A stretch of 64,000 nt of DNA from an uncultured Candidatus Saccharibacteria bacterium (GCA_964349135.1 CAYGFK010000002.1:7535-71534); one strand, 5' to 3'; shown: positions 36,699 through 46,358, counted from the first letter of the stretch. The notes: a model not told the origin generated them from the sequence alone. Numbers and translations: made by a program.

Positions 36699-37703
36699 TT
36701 GTTACAATACAGAGGTATGCCCGTTACTCCTGAACTCATACAGTATATTACTCAGGCCCGCCAAGCCGGTCTTTCTGATGACCAAATACGGTCGGAACTT
36801 TTAAGGGTAGGATGGGGCGTTTCCGACGTGGACGTAGCTGTTCCACCAAAAAGACAGGAACTTCCTCCGCAACCCATACTTCAGAATCCTTTTCAAAGTA
36901 CTCAAACAAGGGCCCCTGCGGGTTCGGTAGTTTCTCCTTCGACTCAAATGCCAACTCAACAAGTGCAGAAAAAGCATAGCCGAAAGGGTTTCTACGTAAC
37001 CGTTCTTATTGTGCTGTTGTTCGGTGCTGGTGTTTATTTTTTCCTTCCCCAGATAATTCTTCAATGGGAAAAGTTTTTCGGTCCCGTTGAAGAAGAAGTG
37101 CTTCCTCCGGAATTCTTCGATATACCTATGGTTGGTGAAGAGATACCTAACGACCCTATGATGATGGAGGGTTCGTCCATGACCGGGACCACTTCTCTGG
37201 AAGTTATGGATACAGAGGATTGGGAGTTCTATCAAAATACAAGATTTGGTTTTAAATTTAAATACCCGCCTTCTGCGCGTGTTTCCTCGAATGATTATGG
37301 GGTGACTAATTCTTCTGTGGCGAGTTGGGTAACGGTATATTCTGAAATCGAAAATACACAAATATTCAATATCAATGAACGTTCCCTACCTGAGGCCGCA
37401 ACAAGTTTGAGTGATTATGTCACTGATGTGTGGAATCGAAACAGCGCTGACAGCGTGACCCTTGCGGGTCAGAAAAATATCGGACCACTTAAGGAATCGG
37501 TGTTACTCGGAAGACGGGCGTATGAATTTGAAGTGTCGCACTCGTTTCTGGATGATAGAGGAGGTTTCCTACTTCCTTTGGAGAATGAAGACTATCGTTT
37601 CGTGTATATCTCGGATGGCGAAGACAGGTATTACCTTGTCTGGTACCAATCAAATAACTCTTTGCAGAGTAGTATTTTCGGAACTCTCGATGTCGGGTTA
37701 TAA
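36699..37703 (+). CDS. Hypothetical single-pass membrane protein (334 aa) inserted between rplE and rpsN
   Basis: Short N-terminal helical cytoplasmic domain, one TM (FYVTVLIVLLFGAGVYFFL), extracytoplasmic domain; no family recognised. Confidence 0.55.
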   Translation: MLQYRGMPVTPELIQYITQARQAGLSDDQIRSELLRVGWGVSDVDVAVPPKRQELPPQPILQNPFQSTQTRAPAGSVVSPSTQMPTQQVQKKHSRKGFYVTVLIVLLFGAGVYFFLPQIILQWEKFFGPVEEEVLPPEFFDIPMVGEEIPNDPMMMEGSSMTGTTSLEVMDTEDWEFYQNTRFGFKFKYPPSARVSSNDYGVTNSSVASWVTVYSEIENTQIFNINERSLPEAATSLSDYVTDVWNRNSADSVTLAGQKNIGPLKESVLLGRRAYEFEVSHSFLDDRGGFLLPLENEDYRFVYISDGEDRYYLVWYQSNNSLQSSIFGTLDVGL

Positions 37704-37706
37704 CGT

Positions 37707-37762
37707 TTGACACCCCACCTTCCCTTTGCTAGTATGGCGAAACGCTCTAAGGAGCGTTTTTG
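37707..37762 (+). promoter_or_regulatory. Promoter-plus-leader-hairpin module, copy 2 (TTGACA-17-TGCTAGTATG-AAACGCTC-TAAG-GAGCGTTT + T5)
   Basis: Same architecture and near-identical -10/hairpin sequence as 32972-33025. Confidence 0.5.
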
Positions 37763-37860
37763 AATAGTTGGCCCTGTTGGAATCCGCGCTTTGGCACACC
37801 TGAAGTACTAGATAAAGCGCCGGATACCCACCGAACCAGCTATTATTTTCTTTAACGAGA

Positions 37861-38046
37861 ATGTCCAAAACTTCAACATACGTCCGGTCTCTCAAGAAGC
37901 CGAAATTCAAAAGTCGTGTGGTTAGGCGTTGTTTCCGTTGTGGCCGTCGTCATGGCTTCATGCGCGATTTCGGTTTGTGCCGTATTTGTTTCCGCGAATT
38001 CGCTAACGAAGGCATGATTCCTGGTGTTAAGAAATCATCATGGTAA
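37861..38046 (+). CDS. rpsN: 30S ribosomal protein S14 type Z (zinc-binding)
   Basis: 61 aa, CFRCGRRHGF…CRIC zinc ribbon. Confidence 0.9.
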   Translation: MSKTSTYVRSLKKPKFKSRVVRRCFRCGRRHGFMRDFGLCRICFREFANEGMIPGVKKSSW

Positions 38047-38435
38047 AAGACAATATTTCAGATTTTTTGGCGAAGCTTAAGAACGCGGCGTATGCCGGGA
38101 AGTTGTCCGTTGTTTTCCCGTATTCAAAAATGATTGTGTCAGTCGCCGAAGTGCTTCAGAAAGAAGGTTATATATCAGCAATCGAGCGTAAGGGTAAGAA
38201 GATGTCAAAACTCTTAGAAGTCACCCTTTCGTATTCAGAGGATGAGAAGCCAAAGATAAACGGTATCGCTCGCATTTCAAAACCTTCCCGACGCGTGTAT
38301 GGAAAATCACACCAGCTGTTTCCCGTGCTCGGAGGTCTCGGTCGCATCATACTGTCTACCTCAAAGGGCGTTATGACCGGTGGCTCCGCACGTAAACAGC
38401 ATCTTGGTGGAGAATTGCTTTTTAAGATTTGGTAA
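38040..38435 (+). CDS. rpsH: 30S ribosomal protein S8
   Basis: S8 family. Confidence 0.9.
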   Translation: MVKDNISDFLAKLKNAAYAGKLSVVFPYSKMIVSVAEVLQKEGYISAIERKGKKMSKLLEVTLSYSEDEKPKINGIARISKPSRRVYGKSHQLFPVLGGLGRIILSTSKGVMTGGSARKQHLGGELLFKIW

Positions 38436-38439
38436 TCAC

Positions 38440-38982
38440 ATGTCACGTCTCGCAAAAAAACCGATTCTTATACCTAAGGGCACTACGGTGGCAGTGTCAA
38501 ACGGCGTAGTTTCCGTTAAGGGTCCGAAAGGAGAGCTTTCCCGCACGTTTCGTCCGATTATTTCTATCGAGGCAACTCCCGAATCGATAACTCTCGACAT
38601 CAAGTCAACCTCAAAAGAGGCGCGCGCGCTGTGGGGCACGTACGCGTCGCATATTAAGAACATGCTTGCGGGCGCCAACAAGCCGTTTGTGAAGAAGCTT
38701 ATTATCGAAGGAATCGGCTATAAGGCGGATGTGAAAGGAGCTGACCTTGTGTTGAGTCTCGGGTTTTCTCACCAAATCATTAAACCGATTCCGAAAGGCC
38801 TTACCATAACTTCTGAAAAAGGATTAGTGACGATAACCGGCGTCGATAAGGAGATGGTTGGTAGTTTTGCATCACAGGTTCGCGCTCTCAAAAAGCCTGA
38901 ACCGTATAAAGGGAAAGGTATTCGGTATGAGAATGAAATCGTTAAACGAAAGGCCGGTAAGAGAACAACGGCATCTGCGTAA
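38440..38982 (+). CDS. rplF: 50S ribosomal protein L6
   Basis: [15 protein letters not shown]…; start trimmed from the longer ORF. Confidence 0.9.
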   Translation: MSRLAKKPILIPKGTTVAVSNGVVSVKGPKGELSRTFRPIISIEATPESITLDIKSTSKEARALWGTYASHIKNMLAGANKPFVKKLIIEGIGYKADVKGADLVLSLGFSHQIIKPIPKGLTITSEKGLVTITGVDKEMVGSFASQVRALKKPEPYKGKGIRYENEIVKRKAGKRTTASA

Positions 38983-38984
38983 TC

Positions 38985-39344
38985 ATGATAAAACTGAAGA
39001 CAAAAAACAGGAAAGTTATACAGCGAGCACGACGTCATGGCCGTATTCGTTCGCGTATTCATGGTACCGCCGAACGCCCGCGACTCTCAGTGTTTAAATC
39101 AAATAAATTTCTCTACGTTCAGCTTATTGATGATGTCACCGGAAAGACGCTTGCTGCCGCATCGACCAAGGATATGAAAGAGAAGACGATGCTTGCAAAA
39201 GCCGGGGGACTTGGGAAAAAGATTGCAGAACTTGGAAAAGGGAAGAAAATTACCACAATCGTTTTTGATAGAGGGGGCTATGTGTACACCGGTCGCGTGA
39301 AGGCGATTGCTGATGCTGCCCGTGAAGGAGGTTTAATATTCTAA
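38985..39344 (+). CDS. rplR: 50S ribosomal protein L18
   Basis: L18 family. Confidence 0.9.
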   Translation: MIKLKTKNRKVIQRARRHGRIRSRIHGTAERPRLSVFKSNKFLYVQLIDDVTGKTLAAASTKDMKEKTMLAKAGGLGKKIAELGKGKKITTIVFDRGGYVYTGRVKAIADAAREGGLIF

Positions 39345-39348
39345 AATC

Positions 39349-39966
39349 ATGCAGGAAGAAACAGTTAAGAAAACAGAACAGGGCCCCGTTTCGAATGAGA
39401 ACACTCCTCAGAGAAATTCTCGATTTGGCGGAGAAGGTTCAATGCTTCGAAGAAAAAATATTCGCCGTTCGGGACGAGAACCCCGTGTTCGTTCTGAGTA
39501 TGACCAGAAGATGATAAATATCCGTCGCGTGGCGCGTGTTTCCTCAGGTGGCCGTCGCTTCAGTTTCAGCGTTGCTATGATTATCGGAAACCGAAAGGGT
39601 TCAGTTGGTGTTGGTACCGGCAAAGGAACCGATACGGCACTTGCCATTGACAAGGCAACTAGAGACGCGAAGAAAAATATGATTACCGTTTCTTTGACCG
39701 ACACTTCTTCAATCGCTCACCGTGTTGATGCGAAGTATTCAAGTGGTCGCATCGCTCTCATTCCGGCTCCGGGACGTGGTGTGGTTGCGGGAAGTGCCGT
39801 GCGAAGCGTACTTGAGCTTGCAGGTGTGAAAGACATCACAGCGAAGATTTTCTCACCGAGTAAGAATACTTTGAATATTGCCCGAGCCGCACTGAAGGCG
39901 CTTTCACAACTTCGAGTTCGGAACATAGCACGTCCTGAGGTTAAGGGTGAGGAAAAACAATCATAA
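39349..39966 (+). CDS. rpsE: 30S ribosomal protein S5 (N-terminal extension)
   Basis: S5 dsRBD-like and C-terminal domains. Confidence 0.9.
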   Translation: MQEETVKKTEQGPVSNENTPQRNSRFGGEGSMLRRKNIRRSGREPRVRSEYDQKMINIRRVARVSSGGRRFSFSVAMIIGNRKGSVGVGTGKGTDTALAIDKATRDAKKNMITVSLTDTSSIAHRVDAKYSSGRIALIPAPGRGVVAGSAVRSVLELAGVKDITAKIFSPSKNTLNIARAALKALSQLRVRNIARPEVKGEEKQS

Positions 39967-39970
39967 GTAT

Positions 39971-40411
39971 ATGCAATTGAACGAATTACAGAGGAATACC
40001 GCACGAAAGTATGCTCGCTCAGTTGGGCGAGGTGGGCGTCGTGGCAAGACATCAGGGCGAGGAACGAAAGGACAGAAAGCTCGCTCGGGAAGAAAGTTGC
40101 GCCCGGAGATTCGCGATACCATCAAGAAATTCCCAAAGCTTCGTGGACGAGGAAAGAATAGCAACACGAGTATCGTTGATGTCGCTCTCATCATAAAGAC
40201 CTCGGCACTTGAAAAGCATTTCGCGTCAGGTGATTCGATTAATCCGAAGACGCTTGTTGAGAAAGGCCTTCTTAAAGTCTCAGGCAGAAGTCTCCCTCGG
40301 ATTAAGATTCTTACGGACGGCACGGTCACCAAAAAGTTTGCTGTAGCGCAGTGTGCAATTTCTGCTTCGGCAAAATTGGCCATTGAGAAGGCCGGCGGGT
40401 CTGTCGCATAA
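39971..40411 (+). CDS. rplO: 50S ribosomal protein L15
   Basis: …GRGGRRGKTSGRGTKGQKARSG…; start at MQLNEL. No rpmD (L30) upstream. Confidence 0.85.
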   Translation: MQLNELQRNTARKYARSVGRGGRRGKTSGRGTKGQKARSGRKLRPEIRDTIKKFPKLRGRGKNSNTSIVDVALIIKTSALEKHFASGDSINPKTLVEKGLLKVSGRSLPRIKILTDGTVTKKFAVAQCAISASAKLAIEKAGGSVA

Positions 40412-40420
40412 CGAGGAGTC

Positions 40421-41692
40421 ATGCAGAACTTTTTCCAAAAACTGAAAATGATAGTCAGTGACAGCGTGTTGCGCAAGCGTCTTTTCTTTACGCTTGGCAT
40501 TCTCGTCTTGTTCAGGGCTCTTGCGGCAATTCCGGTCCCGGGTATCGATACAGCCGCGCTCCAAAGTATTTTTGCCGGGAATCAATTCCTAGGTCTATTA
40601 AATGTGTTCTCAGGCGGAGGCCTTTCAAATCTTTCTATCGTTATGCTTGGTGTCGGTCCGTATATTACGGCGACTATTATCATGCAGTTGATGACGATGA
40701 TTTTTCCGAAGCTTAAAGCACTGTATCAGGAAGAAGGTGAGGCGGGCCGTATGAAGTTTTCACAATATTCGCGTTTGCTCACGGTCCCACTCGCGCTTAT
40801 CCAAGGGTACAGCTTCATTGCATTGCTTCAAAGCCAGGGGGTATTCCCACAATTGAGCGGTTTCGATATTCTCATCAGCCTTATTATTATCACTGCCGGT
40901 TCGGTATTTCTCATGTGGCTTGGGGAAATCATCACCGAGTTTGGTATTGGTAACGGCGTCTCACTCATCATATTCGGCGGAATCGTTGCGAGCGTTCCTT
41001 CGACCGTGAGCCAACTTTTGTTCACGTTCGACCCGTCTCAAATCCCGCTCTACCTCGGATTCTTGGTCTCGGCGCTTCTCGTTGTTCTTGGTGTCGTTGT
41101 GGTGACGGAGGCGGAGCGACCCATACCGGTTACCTATGCTCGTCGTGTGCGCGGTATGAAAGTGTATGGTGGCACGTCGACGTATCTTCCACTTCGTCTC
41201 AATCAGGCCGGCGTCATTCCGATTATCTTTGCGCTTTCGATACTCCTCTTCCCGCAGATGTTGGTGAACATTCTCGCAGCGTCAAGTAGCGCAGTTCTTC
41301 AGACGATTTCTACCATCGCGCTCGCCTTTTTGAATAACGCATGGATTTATTCAGGCGTCTATTTCGCACTCGTCGTACTGTTTACGTATTTTTACACAGC
41401 GGTTACGTTCGACCCGCACACACTCGCGACGAATTTGCAGAAGAACGGAGCCTTTATTCCAGGTGTTCGTCCCGGACAATCGACTGCTGCGTATATCTCT
41501 CGTATCCTCACCCGCATTACGCTTGTCGGAGCTCTATTCCTTGGTGTGGTCGCTATTCTCCCGCTTGCGATGCGTGAGATTACCGGTATCGCGTCTCTTG
41601 CCATCGGCGGCACAGCTCTCCTCATCGTGGTATCAGTGGTTCTTGACCTTGTGAAGAAGATTGATGCGCAGATAAGCATGCGCGAGTACTAA
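40421..41692 (+). CDS. secY: Preprotein translocase subunit SecY
   Basis: 10-TM SecY family; 423 aa. Confidence 0.9.
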   Translation: MQNFFQKLKMIVSDSVLRKRLFFTLGILVLFRALAAIPVPGIDTAALQSIFAGNQFLGLLNVFSGGGLSNLSIVMLGVGPYITATIIMQLMTMIFPKLKALYQEEGEAGRMKFSQYSRLLTVPLALIQGYSFIALLQSQGVFPQLSGFDILISLIIITAGSVFLMWLGEIITEFGIGNGVSLIIFGGIVASVPSTVSQLLFTFDPSQIPLYLGFLVSALLVVLGVVVVTEAERPIPVTYARRVRGMKVYGGTSTYLPLRLNQAGVIPIIFALSILLFPQMLVNILAASSSAVLQTISTIALAFLNNAWIYSGVYFALVVLFTYFYTAVTFDPHTLATNLQKNGAFIPGVRPGQSTAAYISRILTRITLVGALFLGVVAILPLAMREITGIASLAIGGTALLIVVSVVLDLVKKIDAQISMREY

Positions 41693-41701
41693 AGTTCAAA
41701 A

Positions 41702-41728
41702 ATCCTCCGCCTCGGCGGAGGATTTTTG
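41702..41728 (+). terminator. Intrinsic terminator after secY
   Basis: ATCCTCCGCC/GGCGGAGGAT + T5. Confidence 0.75.
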
Positions 41729-41797
41729 AATACTTGCCAACTTTTTTTCTGCGTGCGCAAGTATGTTTTGATGGTGTCATGCCGTATACTAGAGTAT

Positions 41798-42406
41798 ATG
41801 AATAAAAAACGTCGGGCATTCATTTTTTACGGCATTTCAGGGTCGGGGAAAGGGACCCAGGCGAAATTGCTTATTGAATATTTGAAGAAACATGACCCCG
41901 AGCACGAGGTCATTTATATAGAAACGGGGGCTCGTATTCGTGAGTTCATTGAAGATAATGCCGGCTATACAAGAGATATGGTGAAAGATGTTCTCAACCA
42001 TGGAGGATTACTTCCTGAATTCGTTCCGGTGTGGCTATGGTCGCATCTTTTGGTGACTCGTTATACGGGAAAGGAAACGCTGGTCATTGATGGGGCCGCT
42101 CGCCGACCTCATGAGAGTCCAATTCTTGAAGGTGCGCTCCGATTCTATGGGTTTGATACTACGACGGTCGTTCTTCTTGAGACTTCGCGCGCATGGGCGA
42201 AAGAGAGACTTCAGGGGAGGGGCCGGTACGATGATGACAATGATGATATAGAAAGACGTTTCAGTTGGTATGAGAAAAACACGATTCCGGCGGCGAATTA
42301 TTTTAGAGATAAGGAAGGGTTTACCTTTCTGGAGGTCAGCGGGGAAAAGACAATCGAAGAAGTTCACGAGGAAATCATCAAAAAGCTTGGCTTTGAAAAG
42401 GAATAA
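41798..42406 (+). CDS. adk: Adenylate kinase-like nucleotide kinase
   Basis: P-loop GISGSGKGTQ; start at MNKKRRAFIFYG. Confidence 0.75.
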   Translation: MNKKRRAFIFYGISGSGKGTQAKLLIEYLKKHDPEHEVIYIETGARIREFIEDNAGYTRDMVKDVLNHGGLLPEFVPVWLWSHLLVTRYTGKETLVIDGAARRPHESPILEGALRFYGFDTTTVVLLETSRAWAKERLQGRGRYDDDNDDIERRFSWYEKNTIPAANYFRDKEGFTFLEVSGEKTIEEVHEEIIKKLGFEKE

Positions 42407-42418
42407 GATAGGGAGAAA

Positions 42419-42453
42419 ACAGGCCGTTCGCTGTGGCGAACGGCCTGTTTTTA
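42419..42453 (+). terminator. Intrinsic terminator after adk
   Basis: ACAGGCCGTTCGC/GCGAACGGCCTGT perfect 13-bp stem + T5. Confidence 0.8.
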
Positions 42454-42472
42454 TTTCTTTGGTTTTGATAAG

Positions 42473-43246
42473 GTGGTTAGTATGGTAACGGTCAAAACCA
42501 AAGACGAAATAGCTCGTTTACGCGAAGGAGGCAAACGTCTCGGCGCTATTTTGCGTACGCTCGTGAAGGCCTCTGTTCCCGGGGCGTCAGCTCAGTCGCT
42601 TAATGTTCTTGCGGAGAAGTTGGTTCGTGAGGGTGGCGATACCCCCTCGTTTCTCAATTACAAGGCGCGAGGTTCGAAGAAGAGGTATCCCGCGAGTCTC
42701 TGTATTTCCATAAACGACCGTGTGGTGCATGGGCTTCCGAGCGAGCATGAGATTATACGTGATGGTGATGTCGTGTCACTTGATATGGGTCTTATCCACC
42801 AAGGTATGTATGTGGATTCAGCGGTGACCATTGGGGCCGGAAAGGTGGACCCCGTTGCGGAGAAATTGATTCGTGTTACAGAAGAATCTCTCCGTGCAGG
42901 TATCAAGCAGGTGCGCGCAGGCAGGCGCACGGGTGATATTGGGTACGCCATAGAGAAGGTGATTAAACCATACCGCTTCGGTATTGTACGAGAGCTTGCG
43001 GGTCATGGAGTAGGGTATGCCGTGCATGAAGAGCCTTTTATTCCAAATTACGGAGAACCGAATACAGGAGTCCTTCTCAAGACAGGTATGGTGCTCGCTA
43101 TCGAACCTATGGTAAACGAAGGGGGAGACGACATTGTCTTGGATGAGGACGGATTTACGTTTCGCACGAAAGATGGAAAACGTAGTGCGCATTTTGAACA
43201 CACCGTACTCGTTACCGCAGGCGCTCCGGAAGTGCTCACGGACTGA
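42473..43246 (+). CDS. map: Methionine aminopeptidase type I
   Basis: Pita-bread fold metal-ligand motifs (…VHG…, DMG…, HE…E). Confidence 0.9.
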   Translation: MVSMVTVKTKDEIARLREGGKRLGAILRTLVKASVPGASAQSLNVLAEKLVREGGDTPSFLNYKARGSKKRYPASLCISINDRVVHGLPSEHEIIRDGDVVSLDMGLIHQGMYVDSAVTIGAGKVDPVAEKLIRVTEESLRAGIKQVRAGRRTGDIGYAIEKVIKPYRFGIVRELAGHGVGYAVHEEPFIPNYGEPNTGVLLKTGMVLAIEPMVNEGGDDIVLDEDGFTFRTKDGKRSAHFEHTVLVTAGAPEVLTD

Positions 43247-43295
43247 TGCATTGCATGCGCGTGTTTTTCTGATAAGATAGTCGGTATTCACCTCT

Positions 43296-43901
43296 ATGAA
43301 TCATCCTAAGTTCGAAAGGACGCTCGTAATCATCAAACCTGACGGCGTACAGCGCTCACTTGTCGGTGAAATTGTGGGACGTTTTGAAAGTGTCGGTCTA
43401 AAGCTTGTGGCGATGAAAATGATGGTGCCGACTCAAGAGCATATTGAAAAGCATTACACGCTTGACCCAGAGTGGCGGCGCATTACAGGCGAGAAGACTA
43501 TCAAAGGATATCAGGCGAAAGGACTTACACCGCCCTCGGAGGACCCACTTGAGATAACCGCTCGTATTCTCAAGAATCTTAAGACGTATATGACTTCCGG
43601 CCCGGTTATTGCCATGTGTTGGCAGGGTGCCCACGCGGTGGGTATCGTGCGTAAACTCATTGGGGGAACGGAGCCGTTGACGTCAGATGTAGGAACCATA
43701 CGAGGGGATTTTGTGCTTGATTCATACCAAATGTCTGATACCGATAATCGTGCGGTACGAAATCTTATCCACGCGTCTGGCTCTCCGGGTGAGGCGCAGA
43801 ATGAGCTCAAACACTGGTTTGCGCCGAAAGAATTCACCGACTACCGTCTTGTCCAAGAGAAAATTATGTACGATGTGAACCTCGACGGACTTCTGGAGTA
43901 G
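43296..43901 (+). CDS. ndk: Nucleoside diphosphate kinase (with about 50-aa internal insertion)
   Basis: ERTLVIIKPDGVQRSLVGEI…; active-site NLIHAS(G)S; 201 aa vs about 140 typical. Confidence 0.8.
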   Translation: MNHPKFERTLVIIKPDGVQRSLVGEIVGRFESVGLKLVAMKMMVPTQEHIEKHYTLDPEWRRITGEKTIKGYQAKGLTPPSEDPLEITARILKNLKTYMTSGPVIAMCWQGAHAVGIVRKLIGGTEPLTSDVGTIRGDFVLDSYQMSDTDNRAVRNLIHASGSPGEAQNELKHWFAPKEFTDYRLVQEKIMYDVNLDGLLE

Positions 43902-44174
43902 GTTTTTGTTGAAAACCTGTTTATAAGTTGTTCATGGATTCGCGCGAAAAGCGCGAATTAGTGTTTTAAAGACTATTTCTGTGCTATTTACTTTGCGTCT
44001 CATCGTCCTACACTGAATACTAGGATTGTTATTCGTGCCCAGATATATAAAACAAAAAATAAATTCAAACCTTTACTCGCCTCACCTCGATGAGCGCAAC
44101 GCGTTCTGACCGGTTGATGACGGAAAGGTAAAAAATAAAAATAAGCTGGCAACACGTCTAACGACCTTTCTAAA

Positions 44175-44206
44175 CCAACTCCCCCTCACGGGGGAGTTGG
44201 TTTTTT
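44175..44206 (+). terminator. Intrinsic terminator inside a 650-nt noncoding region
   Basis: CCAACTCCCCC/GGGGGAGTTGG perfect stem + T6. Confidence 0.75.
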
Positions 44207-44483
44207 CGTGGAACTCTCTTTCGTTCTTGTTTCTCAATGGTTTTTTCTTATTCACGTTGCACCGTCACGAGCCATGTGTCGGGGTGTGCTATCCACGTAT
44301 GATTGAGGCATATCTCGGCGTATAGTATAGGCAGGGTTATTCGAAGTATTAGCTCTATAACAAACATTAGGGAGTCCGATATCGTCGCACCGTGATTGAA
44401 ACTTGCTACGCAAGATTCTGATCGAAAGCGACTGAGGACACCCACCTAAGCATAGCTTAGGGTGAAATACTTCATAACCCTAC

Positions 44484-44516
44484 AAAAGAGCGTCTGCGAC
44501 AAGCGGATGCTTTTTT
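44484..44516 (+). terminator. Second intrinsic terminator-like hairpin + T6 in the same noncoding region
   Basis: GCGTCTGC/GCGGATGC stem with two G·U pairs, then TTTTTT. Confidence 0.5.
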
Positions 44517-44553
44517 GTGGGTAAACTATTCTTTCTTGTTATAATCCTCGTAT

Positions 44554-44958
44554 ATGCAAAAAATCCTGCTTTTCAGCTCACTTCTTCTCTCAACACTCCT
44601 TTTCTTCTTACATAAGTTGGCGGGCGCGTATTCACTATATTTCATGCTCCCGTGGTTTGATTCGATGATGCATTTCCTCGGGGGTCTTGCTCTCGGAGCG
44701 CTCTTTTTATGGTTTTCCCTCTTTCTCAAGAGATACGTGAGACTCCTGTCAGCAGTTCCCACAAATCTTCTTGTGCTCTGCTTTGTGCTCTTGATAGGGG
44801 TTGGGTGGGAACTCTTTGAGTATATCTATGACATCACATATCCAGTCTTCACCACGTACGGGTTTGATACAGCGAAGGACCTCGTAGTGGATATTTTCGG
44901 TGCTTGGCTTGTGGTATGGTTATATGCGCATTATGCGCCGACGACTATAACAACATGA
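44554..44958 (+). CDS. Hypothetical 4-TM membrane protein
   Basis: Four hydrophobic helices; 134 aa. Confidence 0.45.
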   Translation: MQKILLFSSLLLSTLLFFLHKLAGAYSLYFMLPWFDSMMHFLGGLALGALFLWFSLFLKRYVRLLSAVPTNLLVLCFVLLIGVGWELFEYIYDITYPVFTTYGFDTAKDLVVDIFGAWLVVWLYAHYAPTTITT

Positions 44959-46328
44959 TTTCGTCATCAATCACTTTTTTTGGAGGGGTTCGGGGGCCGA
45001 CGGGTGCCAATTTTCTTTTTGAAATTGGTGGCGATAAGTCGCAGCGCGTGCTCGTTGATTGCGGTTTGTTTCAGGGTGAGCAATATGCCACTGAAGAAAA
45101 CCGAAAAGCTTTTGCCTACGACCCCGCTTCCGTTCAGGCGCTTTTCATTACCCATGCGCACATGGACCATATCGGGAGAATACCGATTTTGGTGAGGAAT
45201 GGGTACCACGGTCCGATTTACTCGACCCCGCAGACGCGCTCGATTGCTGAGCTCATGCTCCAGGATGCACTCAAGATTATGCGCTACGAAGCTCATGACG
45301 CTAAGCAGGAGCCTTTGTATGAAGACCATGATGTGGCTAGAGTATTTGGCCAGTGGAACGATATGCCCTACCACACACCACTTCCGCTCAAGGACGGAGT
45401 GACCGTTGTTGCCAAGGACGCAGGCCACATTCTCGGTTCGGCGTTTTTTGAGTTCGAGCGTAACGGGAAGAAAGTAGTTTTTTCTGGCGACCTAGGTAAT
45501 ACCCCGTCACTTCTCGTTAGAGATACAGAACCGCTCTCAGGAGCATCATATCTTGTTATTGAGAGCGTGTATGGTGACCGGAATCACGAAGACCGTGATT
45601 CACGCCGAAAGGTTCTTAAGGCCGCCGTGGAGAGGTCTATTGCCGAGAAAGGAGTTCTTGTCATCCCAGCATTTTCATTGGAGCGGAGTCAGATGATTCT
45701 CTATGAGTTGAACAATATGGTTGAAGACGGGGAAGTGCCATCCGTACCGGTATTTCTTGATTCTCCACTTGCGATAAAGGTGACGAAGATTTACCGAGAG
45801 ATGAGGCGAGAGATGAAGCAAGAAGTACGTGATGAGATTGCGTCAGGGGACGATATTTTCAAATTTCCAAAACTTTCTTTTACCGAGACGGCGCAGGAAT
45901 CACGACAAATTGACCTTGTTGAGAATCCAAAGATTATCATTGCCGGAGGCGGTATGTCGGAAGGAGGTCGTGTGATTGGGCATGAGCAAAGCTATCTTCC
46001 TGATGCCCGCAATACCGTTCTTCTGGTGGGTCATCAGGCCGCGGGGACGCTCGGTCGCGCTCTGCTTGAGGGCGCAAAAAAAGTAGTTATTCGGGATAAA
46101 ACGGTTGAGGTCAGAGCTACTATTATGTCGGTAACGGGTTACTCATCGCATAAAGACTCTGACCATCTCGTTGAGTTTGTTGGAGATTCAGCTGAGACGC
46201 TCAAGCAGGTGTTTGTGGCGATGGGGGAACCTAAAGCGTCACTTTTTCTGGCCCAGAGGATTTCGAATGAGTTTGGTATAAAAGCTGTGTACCCGGAGCT
46301 CGGGTCTCGGCATGAGATAGAGTTTTAA
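44955..46328 (+). CDS. MBL-fold β-CASP ribonuclease (RNase J/CPSF-like)
   Basis: HxHxDH motif ITHAHMDHIG; β-CASP region; about 458 aa. Confidence 0.75.
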   Translation: MISSSITFFGGVRGPTGANFLFEIGGDKSQRVLVDCGLFQGEQYATEENRKAFAYDPASVQALFITHAHMDHIGRIPILVRNGYHGPIYSTPQTRSIAELMLQDALKIMRYEAHDAKQEPLYEDHDVARVFGQWNDMPYHTPLPLKDGVTVVAKDAGHILGSAFFEFERNGKKVVFSGDLGNTPSLLVRDTEPLSGASYLVIESVYGDRNHEDRDSRRKVLKAAVERSIAEKGVLVIPAFSLERSQMILYELNNMVEDGEVPSVPVFLDSPLAIKVTKIYREMRREMKQEVRDEIASGDDIFKFPKLSFTETAQESRQIDLVENPKIIIAGGGMSEGGRVIGHEQSYLPDARNTVLLVGHQAAGTLGRALLEGAKKVVIRDKTVEVRATIMSVTGYSSHKDSDHLVEFVGDSAETLKQVFVAMGEPKASLFLAQRISNEFGIKAVYPELGSRHEIEF

Positions 46329-46357
46329 AAAACCCTCCGCCGTGGCGGAGGGTTTTT
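46327..46357. terminator. Bidirectional intrinsic terminator between convergent genes
   Basis: A5-ACCCTCCGC-CGTG-GCGGAGGGT-T5. Confidence 0.8.
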
Positions 46358-46358
46358 A

